Part shown: positions 12,401-24,331 of the stretch, piece by piece | Layout: every line of letters begins with the position of its first letter | Position numbering within the stretch: position 1 is the first letter of the stretch | Assembly (NCBI RefSeq): GCF_000143415.4 | Contig: NW_003314334.1 | Span: 186,001-250,000, forward strand | Length of the DNA stretch: 64,000 nt | From: Selaginella moellendorffii | Lineage: Eukaryota; Plantae; Lycopodiophyta | Direction: 5' to 3' | Notes under the pieces: model-generated | What the model saw: only the letters and a program-made list of their open reading frames with translations | What the model was told of the DNA's origin: nothing | Databases searched by the model: none | Made by a program: the position numbers and the translations under genes

Positions 12401-13558
12401 TTCACCACAGTTTCCAGCAGCGGTCGTAAACTCTTCACCAATCTGGCCCGTGGTTTTGACATCGTGGTTATTGATGAAGCAGCACAAGCCAGCGAACTAG
12501 GCGTGCTACCTCCACTCATCCTTGGAGCAGCCCGCTGTGTCCTGGTTGGTGATCCGCAGCAGCTCCCAGCGACTGTCATTAGCCGGGTGGCGGACACCAT
12601 GCAGTATTCGCGAAGCTTGTTCGAGCGGTTTCAACAAGCGGGATGTCCGACGCTCATGCTGACAGTCCAGTATCGCATGCATCCTCAAATTCGGGATTTT
12701 CCATCTCGGCATTTTTATCAGGGCCGTCTCCAGGACAGTGACAGCGTCAAGGGCTTGCCGGACGAGATTTACCACCATGACCCGCTGCTGCAGCCTTACC
12801 TCTTTTTCGACGTGAGCCACGGAAAGGAGTCGCACATCAGCGGCTCGGTCTCGTTTCAGAATGTTGTCGAGGCCAAGTTTGCAGCCAAGCTGTATGACCA
12901 CCTCCAAGGTGTTTTGAAGGCGGCAGGGAGGCAGCAGGCGACCGTGGGTGTCATATCTCCTTACAAGCTTCAACTGAGGTGCATACAGAGGGAATTCGAG
13001 TCTCTCTCTGGTGATGCCAAGGGAGTTTACATCAACACGGTGGATGCATTCCAGGGGCAGGAAAGGGACGTGATTATAATGTCTTGCGTCCGAGCTTCTA
13101 ACCACGGGGTGGGATTCGTAGCGGACATAAGGCGGATGAACGTGGCTTTGACTCGAGCTCGTCGATCGCTATGGGTAAGATTTTGTATTTTTTTATCACT
13201 TTTTCCTGGCTGAAGCCATGCATGCGCTGCGCAGGTTATAGGCAATGCCGGTACGTTGGAGCAGTCTGAAGATTGGGCTAAGCTCATAGAAGATGCAAAG
13301 TCGAGGAACTGTTTCATCACCTCGGCTGCAGCAGTGGAGAAGGGCCTCATCAGTGACGGGGTTTTAAGTCAGGTTCTCAGGGAGCCGACGTTGCCAAGCT
13401 CGTTGTCACGGCTGGATGGTCATAATAGAGCAGGCAGTGATTTGAGAGGGACGAGAGATAACAACAAGCCAGGTAGGCGTGGGAGGTACGAAGCGGAAGC
13501 CGAGAGAAAGACTGCCGATAATTATCTGAGGCAGCACAACAGTTTCAGAAGAGGGTGA
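9449..13558 (+). CDS. Sen1/senataxin-like (Upf1-like SF1) RNA/DNA helicase, At4g30100/At2g19120 type, multi-exon
   Basis: Motifs QGPPGTGKT, CAPSNAATD, IDEAAQ, LVGDPQQL, QYRMHP, TVDAFQGQE and RRMNVALTRAR. Exon 2 (10618-10812) encodes ELQRVPGSF..EEYV.VFEPLLFEECRAQL. The N-terminus is MELDLNLPP. Confidence 0.92.
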
Positions 13559-13957
13559 CGCTGAAAAACAGATTAAAGCTCTTCTTCCATCGTTTTTCCT
13601 CGCTTTTCGAGGCCACAGCAACATGTACATGACAAGAGACCAGGAGACTCGAGATGGTTTGTTTCGTGGGCAACAAGGATGGCTTTACTTGTTGTTTTGA
13701 TAACTATAGGTGGTACTTGCGATTTTCCCTCTCGATCTCGACGTGATGTACATATACATATACTTCACATTTCTCACTGTGCTAGACTCGTTCCAGCGCG
13801 AGCAAGCTTAGAAAACTACCATTGTAGAACACATTGACTGTTGGAAAAAAAAAGTTTCACCATTGAAGATCAAGTATACAGGAGTTACAACGACACTTAG
13901 ATTAATAGGAAAAAGAAAGGAGAGGCAAAAGCTACTCGAGTTCCAGGAAGAACAAGC

Positions 13958-14383
13958 TCAAGAGCTCGTGAACTTGGTGACGGCCTTGGTCCCTTCGGAC
14001 ACGGCATGCTTGGCGAGCTCGCCGGGAAGGATGAGACGAACCGCCGTCTGGATCTCCCGCGAGGTGATTGTGGGCTTTTTGTTGTAGCGAGCCAACCTCG
14101 AGGCCTCCTGCGCTAGCTTCTCGAAGATGTCGTTGATGAAGCTGTTCATGATCCCCATGGCCTTGCTCGAAATGCCCGTCTCGGGGTGGACCTGCTTGAG
14201 TACCTTGTATATGTACATCTTGTACGTCTCCACGCTCTTCTTCATCTTGCGCTTCTTCTTGTCCGCCGCCGCCGATGGATCCTTGGCCGGGGTCTTCTTC
14301 TCCGCCCGCGGCTTCTTCTCCGCCGCCTTCTTCTCCGCTGGGACCTTCTCAGCTACAGGCTTCTTCTCCGCTGCCTTGGCCAT
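13958..14383 (-). CDS. H2B: Histone H2B
   Basis: Intronless 141-aa ORF with AEKK-repeat tail and canonical core [48 protein letters not shown]. Confidence 0.98.
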   Translation of the reverse strand: MAKAAEKKPVAEKVPAEKKAAEKKPRAEKKTPAKDPSAAADKKKRKMKKSVETYKMYIYKVLKQVHPETGISSKAMGIMNSFINDIFEKLAQEASRLARYNKKPTITSREIQTAVRLILPGELAKHAVSEGTKAVTKFTSS

Positions 14384-14532
14384 CGCTCCGCCGCTTGGGA
14401 ATCCGAGAGAGAGAGAGACAGAGAGAAAGAGAGGCTCTGCCTACTGATTTGAGAGCTAGCGCTACCACTTACTCCTCTCGCACACACCAGGAAGATTGCT
14501 CGCCAATGGAAAACCCCTAGCTCCGTGAAAAT

Positions 14533-14633
14533 CTTATAAACACCTGATTCCTGCGCTCCCATTGGCTCTCGCGGCGCGACGAGGATCAACCTCCCAGCCA
14601 ACGACATCGCAACCCGCCACGTCGGCGATCTCC
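14533..14633 (-). promoter_or_regulatory. Histone-type promoter: TATA, CCAAT with octamer-like element, and type I-like element
   Basis: On the minus strand: TTTATAAG (14540-14533) and GATCCTCG-N14-CCAAT (14587-14561; cf. type III GATCCGCG..CCAAT). On the plus strand: CCACGTCGGCGATCTCC (14617-14633; cf. type I CCACGTCANCGATCCGCG). Confidence 0.55.
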
Positions 14634-14855
14634 ATCCTGGCCGTTGGTTCTGGCAGTTTGGCGCCTCTTATTTTGGGGCCTTTAATATTTTGTGGAGGGA
14701 GTCCAGACATTATGCTCGAGTTACGATGCTTTATATTAACACAAGGAAGAATTGCAACTTTCGATTTTTCTCAAGCAATGGTGTACAAGGAAGAAAAATA
14801 GATCTATGCCATGTAAATAACATAGTGTATAATAACAACACCACCTTCACATTTG

Positions 14856-17800
14856 TCACCAGGCGCTACCAGGGGACACGGTAATGCCGTGCGAAGCAAC
14901 AACTTGAGGCTGGAATCGGCTTCCAAATGACTCGGAGCAAACGTCCGACATCTCCGATCCCACAAAGCTTGGCGCGCTCGTGTTCTTGCCGCTGGGTCTA
15001 AGCAGCTGCGTGAGATTCCAAACCACCTTGAGCCGGTTTACTTCTTTCGCAGCGTGAACCTGTATGTCGAGTTTTAGCTACACACCAAACGCAAGGAAAA
15101 GAAGAAAAAGAATCGCTTCTTCTACCTCAACGTTGAAACGAGCCCAAATCTTATCGTTCCGCGACTCCATCACACCCTTCAGGATTGTAAGCCCAAGACC
15201 CCGGATGTTGTCAGCAATCTCCCAGAATAAGCCTCTCTCCTCGCACAACATCTGAGAGCACGAGAAATCAGCCGACGACAATATATTAAGCACTGATTCA
15301 CCAACCTCAACAAGCATTTGCCGTGGCTGCTTGAGATTCTCCACAAGAATCGGAACGCCACTTCCTTTCGCATCAAGCTCCATAGCCCAGCTTGCACCGT
15401 TCTCCAAGCCACTGCTGTTCTCTGCACTCCTCTCTCCCTGTTAAGTTGTCCAAATTAGACGATATTCGATGCAAAGACACAGCCTTCGTTCACCTTTACG
15501 TCGCCTCCAGCTTTCCACTTGTCACCGTGCTGCGTCACACTTTGGAGAAACTTCATATGCCGGATTGTTTTCTCTAGCAGCGCATCAATGCTACACTGCT
15601 ACACAAAACAAGTAGAAGGTGAACATCCATTTTACTGCATGAAGGACGACGCTTACCTTTGTTGCATTGGGAACAATATCGCGAAGCTCCCTAACTCTGT
15701 CCTGTATTTGCTGCCTGTCTTTGGGCCTGGGCCTTGGAGCTTCCCCTGGCCTCAGCCTCTTCCTCCCAGTCATCCGACTAGGCTCCTCCTGCTTTCTGGC
15801 TGCCGCTCCGCTAGTATCCTTGTACGAGTGTTCCTCCGACTTCTTAGCCTGGCTCCCTTCGGTCCAAGAGCTTGAAGAAACATCCACGGACACGCTGCTT
15901 GCAGGCCAGTTGGCAGCTATATCTCTGTCCAAACTCGAAGAGCTCGATAGCTGCTTCTCCAGATATTGCACCGCGTTCCCAACAGTTAGCGCGGGAGCGC
16001 ATCCTAATGAACTCTTGGCAGATGTCGGTCCCCTGGAACCCAGTGACGACGTACTCGCACCGGCAACAACAGCATCCAACAGCTGCTCTGGCCTGTCCGC
16101 CGACAGATTGACAAATGCATCGCGGGTTTTGTCCATTGCAGCGGTGGCGCCATCAAAGGGTAGAGCAAGCTTCGCAGGTTTCATGTCTTCAACCGGTTGT
16201 GTTGGTATGTTCACGTACAGTTCCTCCTTACTTGGCCCGCACTTTGAATGAGAAACCACCACCTCGGATAATTCATCCCCGAAAGCGAACTGTGAACAGG
16301 TTGTCGAACCGCTGGCTTGGCCTCCCGCATACTCCTTATTCAGAGACGCTAACAAGTTGTTGAAATCATCCAAGTCGTCCTTCTGAAACGCCTTAAACAA
16401 ACTGTTGTAGTCAAATCCTTCTTCTGGTCCCGGCCGCATCATCCCTGCCTCGTCTCCAAAGGAAGTTGGCAGCGGCAGGTTCTGATCATAATCTCTTGTT
16501 GACACAGGCAAGGTGGAGTCCGGCGGAGGCCATCCGCTGGAGTCGAAGTGCCTGATGCTTTGTCCGTAGGAAAGCTCGCTGGAGAAATTAGATAGCCGCC
16601 CTGCCTCCGATGAATTAAAGAAACTCTCCACAGGAGCTTTGCTGATCAAGCGGCTTAAATGGCCTGGATCTTCCTGGAAGACCTGAGATCTGGAACAGTA
16701 GAGACCCGTAGAGGCGGGGCGTATATCCTGTGGCTTCTGCCCCATGGATGGAACTACCATTGAAGCCCAGCTGCTCGTAGAAAGTTGGAAGGCAGGCTCA
16801 ACAACTTTGGCCGCTGAACGCAACATGTGTTCTCCCTCCGTAGGAACGGGGCACGCTGGTCGGCTGCTCATGGTTGTTCTTGCAGAAGAGCCAAATGCTG
16901 CCAACATAGAAGCGGGCTTGTTGACGTACGTTGGCATGGCTTTCGGGACAACAGAAAGGCCTCTTCCAGCTTGTCCATCGGGAGTGAACTCAGGAACGAA
17001 TGCCCCAGGCATGCTTTGTAATGCTCCGAACAATGCTCTGATCTGGCCTACCAAGTTCAGATCCTCGGCCATCTGCAAGGGCACACACAGTTACTTGAGT
17101 AAGAGCTGGGAGAAGCTACACACCGTTTGAGTCGATCCAAGTTGCACAACACCTTGCTGCTGGACTGCTATCACAGCAATCGTCTGGACACCAAAGAGTT
17201 AAGGACTCCCTCGAATGAAAGCTACTATACCTTTATTCCCGCTTCAAACTGATTCGACCAGCCGTGCTCCAATGCCGCTGGTACTCCGCTTTCCATAGAT
17301 CTTTCCCCAGCTGCAAACACCCACTGGTGCTTTCCGGAGAAAGCTACACGCCCAATTATTCTGCCCGAGAGGAAAGTTGGGTTAGCCACGACACCGACAA
17401 CCGAGTTGCGTACCCTTCTCCCAGGGAGTAAACCTGGAAGGACATTTTAGCGACAGCCAACTGTATCTGATCTTCGGCAATGCCACCATCTTGCTTGAGC
17501 AGCAGCATGTCCAGAGGGCTTCTCCCATTCCCAGCGCCGCTGCGGCTCAAAGCATTGGCGATTGGTGGCAGCGTCGCGAATTCGTAGTAGCTGTCCTCCC
17601 ATGTCAGCACCCTGCAATAAAAACACAGCGAGAAAAAACGCATAAGAGACAAGCTAAGTCAACAGTAGCTAAAAAAACCCAAGAGAGGCAGTGCAGTGCC
17701 ACCTCCAGTTAGCAGGAGATCAAGCAAGAGAGCTCTCTCTCTCTCTCTCTCTTGAGCACAAGCGAAGCGAAAGGGATGATTTACTCACATACGGCTGCGT

Positions 17801-17886
17801 CGCTTTAGCTTCCAAAACACAGCGTAGCACCAGCCAGTCCTGTTGCAAAGACTCCGGAGAGCCTGGCCCAGACCCTCCGCCGACAT
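14856..17886 (-). CDS. LHW-like: LONESOME HIGHWAY (LHW)-family bHLH transcription factor, multi-exon
   Basis: Exon 1 (17886-17789) MSAEGLGQALRSLCNRTGWCYAVFWKLKRRSRM is spliced to VLTWEDSYY. Atypical bHLH RPGEAPRPRPKDRQQIQDRVRELRDIVPN; C-terminal MLCEERGLFWEIAD..GLTILKG; stop TGA at 14858-14856. Confidence 0.92.
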
Positions 17887-17971
17887 GATAGCAATGCCCG
17901 CGATGATCTGGGACGATCTTCCACAATGATCTTGAGATGAGCCGCAAAACCAAAATGCCCAAAATGCGAGC
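17447..17971 (-). other. Candidate conserved-peptide uORF of the LHW-like gene; no in-frame AUG; overlaps the main ORF out of frame
   Basis: The frame opens after TAG (17974-17972) and reads ARILGILVLRLISRSLWKIVPDHRGHCYH. It crosses the main ATG and, after splicing of intron 1, ends at TAA 17449-17447. It resembles the LHW-family CPuORF peptide as recalled; no alignment was run. Confidence 0.55.
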
Positions 17972-20900
17972 CTAGCCCCCTTTGTTCTTCCTCCTCGCTG
18001 CGTGCCTTGCTTGCTTCTCCTCTGTCAGCTCAGGACCAGGCTCACTCCCCCAGCTTCCGCAAACAGTGAAAAGCAAACGAAGCCCGGCGAACTCGTTTCC
18101 CTGGAATCCCCCCCTTTCAGATTATGATGATCGCTCGCAGGCAGTGGTAGTCCCTCTCCGTCTCCCTGGGCACACGAACTTCGTCGACTACTCGCACGCG
18201 GCCGCCGTGACTCCCACACCGCTGCTGCTGCTGCTGCTGCTGCTGCTTCCTCATCCTAGGCTCGCAAGCAAGGCGGAGGAAGGGATGGAGAGCACACACA
18301 CGCACAGCGCCGCCTTAGAGCCACCGATCGAGACCAAGAGCGCGTCCTGTAGCTAAGACATATTTCGGCCCCCCGCGCGCGCCTCTCCGGCCAAGGGAAA
18401 GAAGGACGATTCCAGCTCTCTCATGGAGCCTGGAGACCTGGCGCTGCGTCGCGAGCTGAGATTTCGAGAGCTCTTGGGCGATGGATGTGGATCGAGCGCG
18501 CGATACCTAAAATGGAGAGAGGAGAATCCCTCGGAGCAAATAGATAGATAGATAGGCGAGAAAGAAACAATGTAGTGTAGCAGTGTAGTGTAAATCTTGG
18601 ATACACGACCTAGGTAGAGGGGGCTTTAAGGACAGGTCGCTGCCAAACAGCAGCGCGGTGTGAAAGCGAGCCCAAGGGGATGCTTTTTACGGGTATGTCT
18701 ACGTACACGTGTGCAGATACGTATTCCTTCCCCTCCTGGACAATTTCCTTGTTTTTAACTCGCCCAGTAAATCTAGTAGTGATGCTGCTGCGAGGCAACA
18801 AGGCAAGCACTCATTCCCTTGGCCTGGGAATTTCAAGCTTTGTTTTTGTGTACCGCCCATGTTTCTATGTATGTATGTGCCTTGTATTGTATGGATGAGA
18901 TGCGGAGCAAAGCAAGATGAGGATTGCCAAGCAGGAAAGATTAAACAAAAGACCTTTTAAAGATGAGGGAAACAAAGTTGACAAGTACATTGCAACAAAG
19001 TGTTCGGGGCATCTTGTGGCAGAGAGAGTTAGCCATGATCACCAAACATTTTTGTTATAAGTGGGATTCCTCTCCAAGCTTTGGCACTAGGATCAATCAG
19101 GGGTGAGTGAGTGAGACCCCGAAACCACTCACACAAATTTGTGGACCCCTGGAGAGCAAGCGGACAAACAAAATGATGCACGCAACATCGACGTCACCGG
19201 AGATTTCATCACAAAGAACGAACTGGAGGGCGAGTGTGTTTTAGGACCGCAACTAAGCCAGCTCCAAGATTTTGATTCATCTTCCCTGGCTCCCAAAAAG
19301 CAATCACAGCTTTTTCAACTCTTTCTTTGCTCAGTGTTGCGGTGATAGTGGGAGGCGGGGGAGGGAGCTTATTTTCAAGTCCTTTTTGCTAATGTATTGG
19401 CATTGTCCTATCATTGTCAAAGTGACAATCTCGTTCGTTGTTTAGAATAAAGGGGGAATAAAGAATGGACAAAAGGATTCCATGGATGGCAACACCAAAG
19501 GGACATGAAGATAGACGAAAATCGTCGCCACTTGTACTGTTAAGTTAGGAATCCATGTGATCCCTCCACCCATATTTATAAAATCTCAATATCTATAGAT
19601 CGAGCTTGCCAACTTGCTTTGAATCTTCGTTCTTAGATGGATTGAAAGCCCCGAGAATCTGATGCATCATTATCACTAATGTAGACGAAAGAAATATGGG
19701 CAACCGGGATACGGCATACGAATACGGGCCACCGGTTGCGGTTGTATCCAGTATAGATTCCCGCCCGGACGGCGCCGCCTGCGGCTTACCGCCACCACGC
19801 GACTGCGGCGGCGGACGGCCATCATGTCTGACGCCCTTGTCCCCCACACTCCCGGCACCAGCACCAGCAAACTCATACGGTAACCGCGGTTCCATTGGTT
19901 GGGACTGGGTCAGTTATGACATTACAAGAGAGGGAAATCCTGAGGGAAAATGATACACCCCACATCATAGCAGCCCACCACTGCCTGCCTGCTGCTGCCC
20001 TTCTCTTCCCTCTGCTTCATTCAAAGTGTCAGGTGACTCTGCAGCACAAAAATGTCAGCAAGTCTACTTGAATACAGAAAAAAGACACTTTAGTATTATA
20101 GGCCCTAGTTAGATTTTGCCCTAGAATGGCTGCCCTTTGGGCCAGCCTGGCTGCTGCCACACACTCACTCACTGCTCTTGGCTGCAGCTGCTGCTACATC
20201 CACAAGAGAGAGCAACCAGGAGGGAGATTTCCATCTTTCCATTTCTTGGTACAGCATACAATGCTCCCACACATCTTCCAAGAGAGTGGGTACAGAGAAG
20301 CAGCAGCTGCTGCTCTGGCTGCTGCTACTGGCTGCTGCGGCTGTTGGGTCTGGAATTTGTCCACCAAGATCCTTGGCAGTTGATTCATAACAAAAATATA
20401 CATTGGATAGCTCCATTCAAAAATAAGGGTTTATAACTGCCTGCATATTCCCCTCAAAAAGAGCTGAAGCCGCTCTATACACTCTATACCCTCTCTACCT
20501 CCAATGCAGAAAGAGACGGCCATGCATGACATGATTCCTGCTTCCAGATTGACACCCCCTTGTGCATATAAAAACTCCAGGGATTGTGCTCATCTCTCGT
20601 TTTCTATAGTCTTTAGAAAAATGTGGCCGCAGCATTGGGTGTATAAAAATTGGCTGGTTTGGAAAACATCGCTCTCACACATTACCACACAAAATGGTAT
20701 TCAACTCAACTCTAGCAAGGGAGGGAATTGTTTGTTTTGGTTTCTCAAGGAGGGCGGGGACACCAAGTGGCGTAGTGGCATCTAGCTTTGTGGCAGGGAT
20801 GGATATTCGCCCGGGAACTATTTGTTGACGTAGACCGCAGCCGGTGGCTAGGGGAGCGGCCTTACCCCCATCCACATTGCATGATGCCACCCACGTCTTT

Positions 20901-21276
20901 TGAGACGGGCCAGGGGCCGTCGGATCCTTCCCATCCCACGGCCGCAGCGTCAGTGGAGCAAACGCTCTTTTTTATGCTCCGGTGAGGAACGCGCTCTGGG
21001 ATGACGTCGCAGATCCTGATACGAACCGGGAGTTATATAGTGGTGATTGACCTCAAGCACCTTAATTCCAAATCTTCCACCCGGATCATCCTTTTTCTTG
21101 TTAAAAGCACGAACTGGAAGAGGGAATGAATGATCGAGAGCAAAACCAGGACGAAGAAGAATAGCTTAACTTCTTTTCTTTTTCTCGTACCGCAAAGCTG
21201 GCGAAAGAGGAGAAGCGGCGAGCCAAGGAGCCAAATTGTGTTTGTTGCCTGATTGCGACATAAAGGAGAGCCCCTC

Positions 21277-21279
<3 letters not shown>

Positions 21280-21310
<31 letters not shown>
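21280..21310. repeat. (AG)15 microsatellite
   Basis: Direct read of 21281-21310. Confidence 0.95.
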
Positions 21311-21312
<2 letters not shown>

Positions 21313-21481
21313 CTCCTCCCTCCTCTGCTGCTGCTACAAACCAAGCGAGCCTTGCTCTTTTTCCACTTTGGACGCTTCCTTCCAGAGGGAGAGGCCCCCA
21401 CAAATTATAATATGCGCGAGGGAAGGACAAAACGCAAGATTGCAAGCCGCGAGAGAAAGCTGCTGTCCTCTAGCTCTCGTA

Positions 21482-24277
21482 CTAACACTCACCAGGTGCC
21501 TCAAGACGGATGTAGTCATACATAACCCCCACAATGGGACTTGTTGGCTTGCGCTGCGTCAAGTAGAGAATGTTTTCACCGGCTCTGAATAACTCCGACC
21601 TCGCGTCCACATTCCAAAGGTGGTAGAGGCCATGGATTCCATGGCGTGCTATTGCATTGTCCTTGCCAAATTGCATCGTGTCAAATACCGTGGTCCTTGT
21701 ATTGGGGTCATTAACTCTGACCTGCGGTTGAAACACAGCGTTAGCGTTAAAACACCTTTTTGTACCTGAATGGCTGCATTGTTTGATGCCGCGAAAGCTA
21801 ACCGGAGCTTATAAACCCCGCCTTGGACGCAGGGCAGATGAAACCGGATCTGCCAAGTCGATGGTTTGACGCTACCATCCTTTTCAATTCTGCAGCACCG
21901 CAAGCGGAAAAGGTTTTAAAAAATATTTCCATCAGTAGGTGAGCGTGAGTATTGAGGAAGTCGTGACATTGTACCGGCAAGTATGTGCAAAGAACCAATC
22001 AGATCTCCAATCGCTTTTACCAATGGTGAACACAAGATCACCTTCTGGGTATAGCTCCGAGTACCGCTCCCACAGGCCATAATGTCGATATCTACAATAA
22101 AGTATTCAGATCTTGTAAGGAGAAAAGTAAGATTGCCAGCCACCGAAAAAAAGCAAAACCGAGAGTGTGCGTACCTTTCCGAATGGTTGACAAAAAGCCT
22201 ATTGATATACTTTGGGTTCGGATCCGGAATGTGAAACTCGGCAGCTGTTCGATCGGGAATTCCAATCTCCCAGACTGTCGGTCCATCCCTGGGCGGTTCA
22301 TAAACTATATGTCCCAGTTGCAACCATGACCCTGCATACATAGTGAGTTTTGTGACTCTTGGAAGTGGCAACACTGCGTGGAATACAAACCGGGATGGAC
22401 ATCTATGCTGCCTTCCTTTTTGTAGTCACCCAGGACACCAGGCACCCAGCCATACAGATCATATTTGCCTGCTCTGACATGCTTGACGTGGAAATATCCC
22501 TCCGCATCAGCCTGGGCCCAAAATTGGTAGCCCTGGCAGCAACAAACAAGTCAGGTACATCGTCCATTAACCCCCACAAAAGAAAAAGCATTCACCTTGC
22601 TCTCCGTTTGCCACGAACCTTTGTCACCGGGGGAAGCTAAGCCAAGAAAGGCATAACATCCCGCAAATGGGGTTGGTGACGCGAATCTACAATGCCACAG
22701 AAAAACATATGAACCGAGGACAGCAGCTCATAATGAAACAGTACCTATCTTTGACTAGTAGTCTTCCTGAAATGCTTCCGCGGTCCATTGATTTGGGAAA
22801 ATCTGGAGACACAGGCCAGGGAACAGGCCACGACCCCACTTCTGTAACCATCTGAAACACAGGAGGTAAAAGAAACAAAAAATATCCGCATAGACATATC
22901 ACCTGCTGCTTTGCATCCTCCCAAAGATAGCGACAATTCACCTGAGCATGAGTTGCCGCTACATTCAAATATATGAAAACCGGTCCAAAAACTTTAGTCC
23001 AGGCTTCCCCATTGCGAAACTCTGGGCACAGGGCTGCGCCAGCGTAATGTGCACTGTGAAACATCTGGTGGAAACAAAAACAAGAAATCTAGAGAGCTTC
23101 AATATCCAAAGTTCTTAACTTACAGCGAGACATGTCGGGCCAACGTGTGAAGTCAAATTTTGTTTCAAAGGCCCTCCATTGCGGAACTCGTCACTGGCGG
23201 TGATTATCCAGAAGCCTAGAGCGGGGTTGCATGAGATCCAACCATGTACTCTGTTCTCCCTGTTATCACAAGAATATTGATATTTGTCATCCACCTGCCC
23301 AAAAATGTTACAGAAATTTATACTCAACAAAAACATAGTGTTAATCCCATACCTCACCTCGAAACTCAGGATTTTGAGAAGTGTGAATCAAAACAGCCTC
23401 GGGATAAGCTAGCTGCGTGCAGTGTTGCTGCAAGCGATCATCCGGCGATGGCATTAGCCGCTGTTTTGTATCGGCCATTGCCATGAACTGGAACCTACAA
23501 GCCAGCAAAGTATCAAGAAGGATGAAAGCTCGGATATTTTTCCAGACCTGTCCTTCCGGAGTTTAAAAGTCACCCGTGTTTGATTAAGGTTGAAGTCTGG
23601 CCATCCAGCCGGCCTCTCGTAGATTCCGTAAGTGTAAAATCCAGTGTTGCCACGGAGAAGAACAAATCTACGTTTTAAGCCAACAAAGCTAGCTACTAGC
23701 ACACAATGAAAAGAGAATCACTCACCTTTTGTCGATGTTAAGAGGAAGCATCTTAGTTCCCGGAATGTAAGGCCGCAGAAACGAAAGTTCCACCTTGTCA
23801 CCATCGCTACACACAACCTGGAAAATTGTTCCACTGGGACTGAAAAATCGTAGCGATGGCTGATCGGTTAGCAATCACGATTACGAGTAAACAAAGTTTG
23901 CCTTACACATCGAAAGTGTCCTTGCCTCCAGGCTCGTTCCAGTTGAGGTCCCAGTAGCTTAAAGGCAGCAAAGAATGAAAAATAAAACAATCAGGTGCTT
24001 GCTCGCTAGACGAGAAAGGAATGAAAGCAAACAAACAAACCCGCGATTGGTCTCCTTGTTGTGAATCTCGAGCAGATTATCAATGCCCCCGAAGCGAATC
24101 CCCGTCACAATGCCCCCAGGCCTCGAGATCGTCACCTCGACAATCCCGTTGTCCAGAATCACCTGTGCAACATGAGAAAACAAGGATCGAGAACCGATCA
24201 CTCACATGGCTGCCGCGATCGATAAGCCGCACATCGGGACCCTGGCATCCGCCCCCGGGAACGCGATTGCAGCTCAT
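21482..24277 (-). CDS. Rhamnogalacturonan lyase (polysaccharide lyase family 4), many short introns
   Basis: VILDNGIVEVTISRPGG, RFVLLRGNTGFYTY, VDDKYQYS, GGPLKQNLTSHVGP, MFHSAHYAG, PPRDGPTVWEIGIPDRTAAEF, DNAIARHGIHG, VMYDYIRLEAP. Likely ATG at 24277. Confidence 0.93.
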
Positions 24278-24331
24278 TCTTTTCTTCTTTCTAACAATTT
24301 CCAAGAACCCTAAAATGGTGAAGAATTTTGA

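Noticed and set aside
19593-19953. Overlapping 66-100 aa ORFs in the intergenic interval
   Set aside because: No domain, splice pattern or homology recognised.
21330-21352. TCGCTTGGT on the minus strand resembling the 5' end of miR168
   Set aside because: Only 9 nt match, and no star-arm hairpin.
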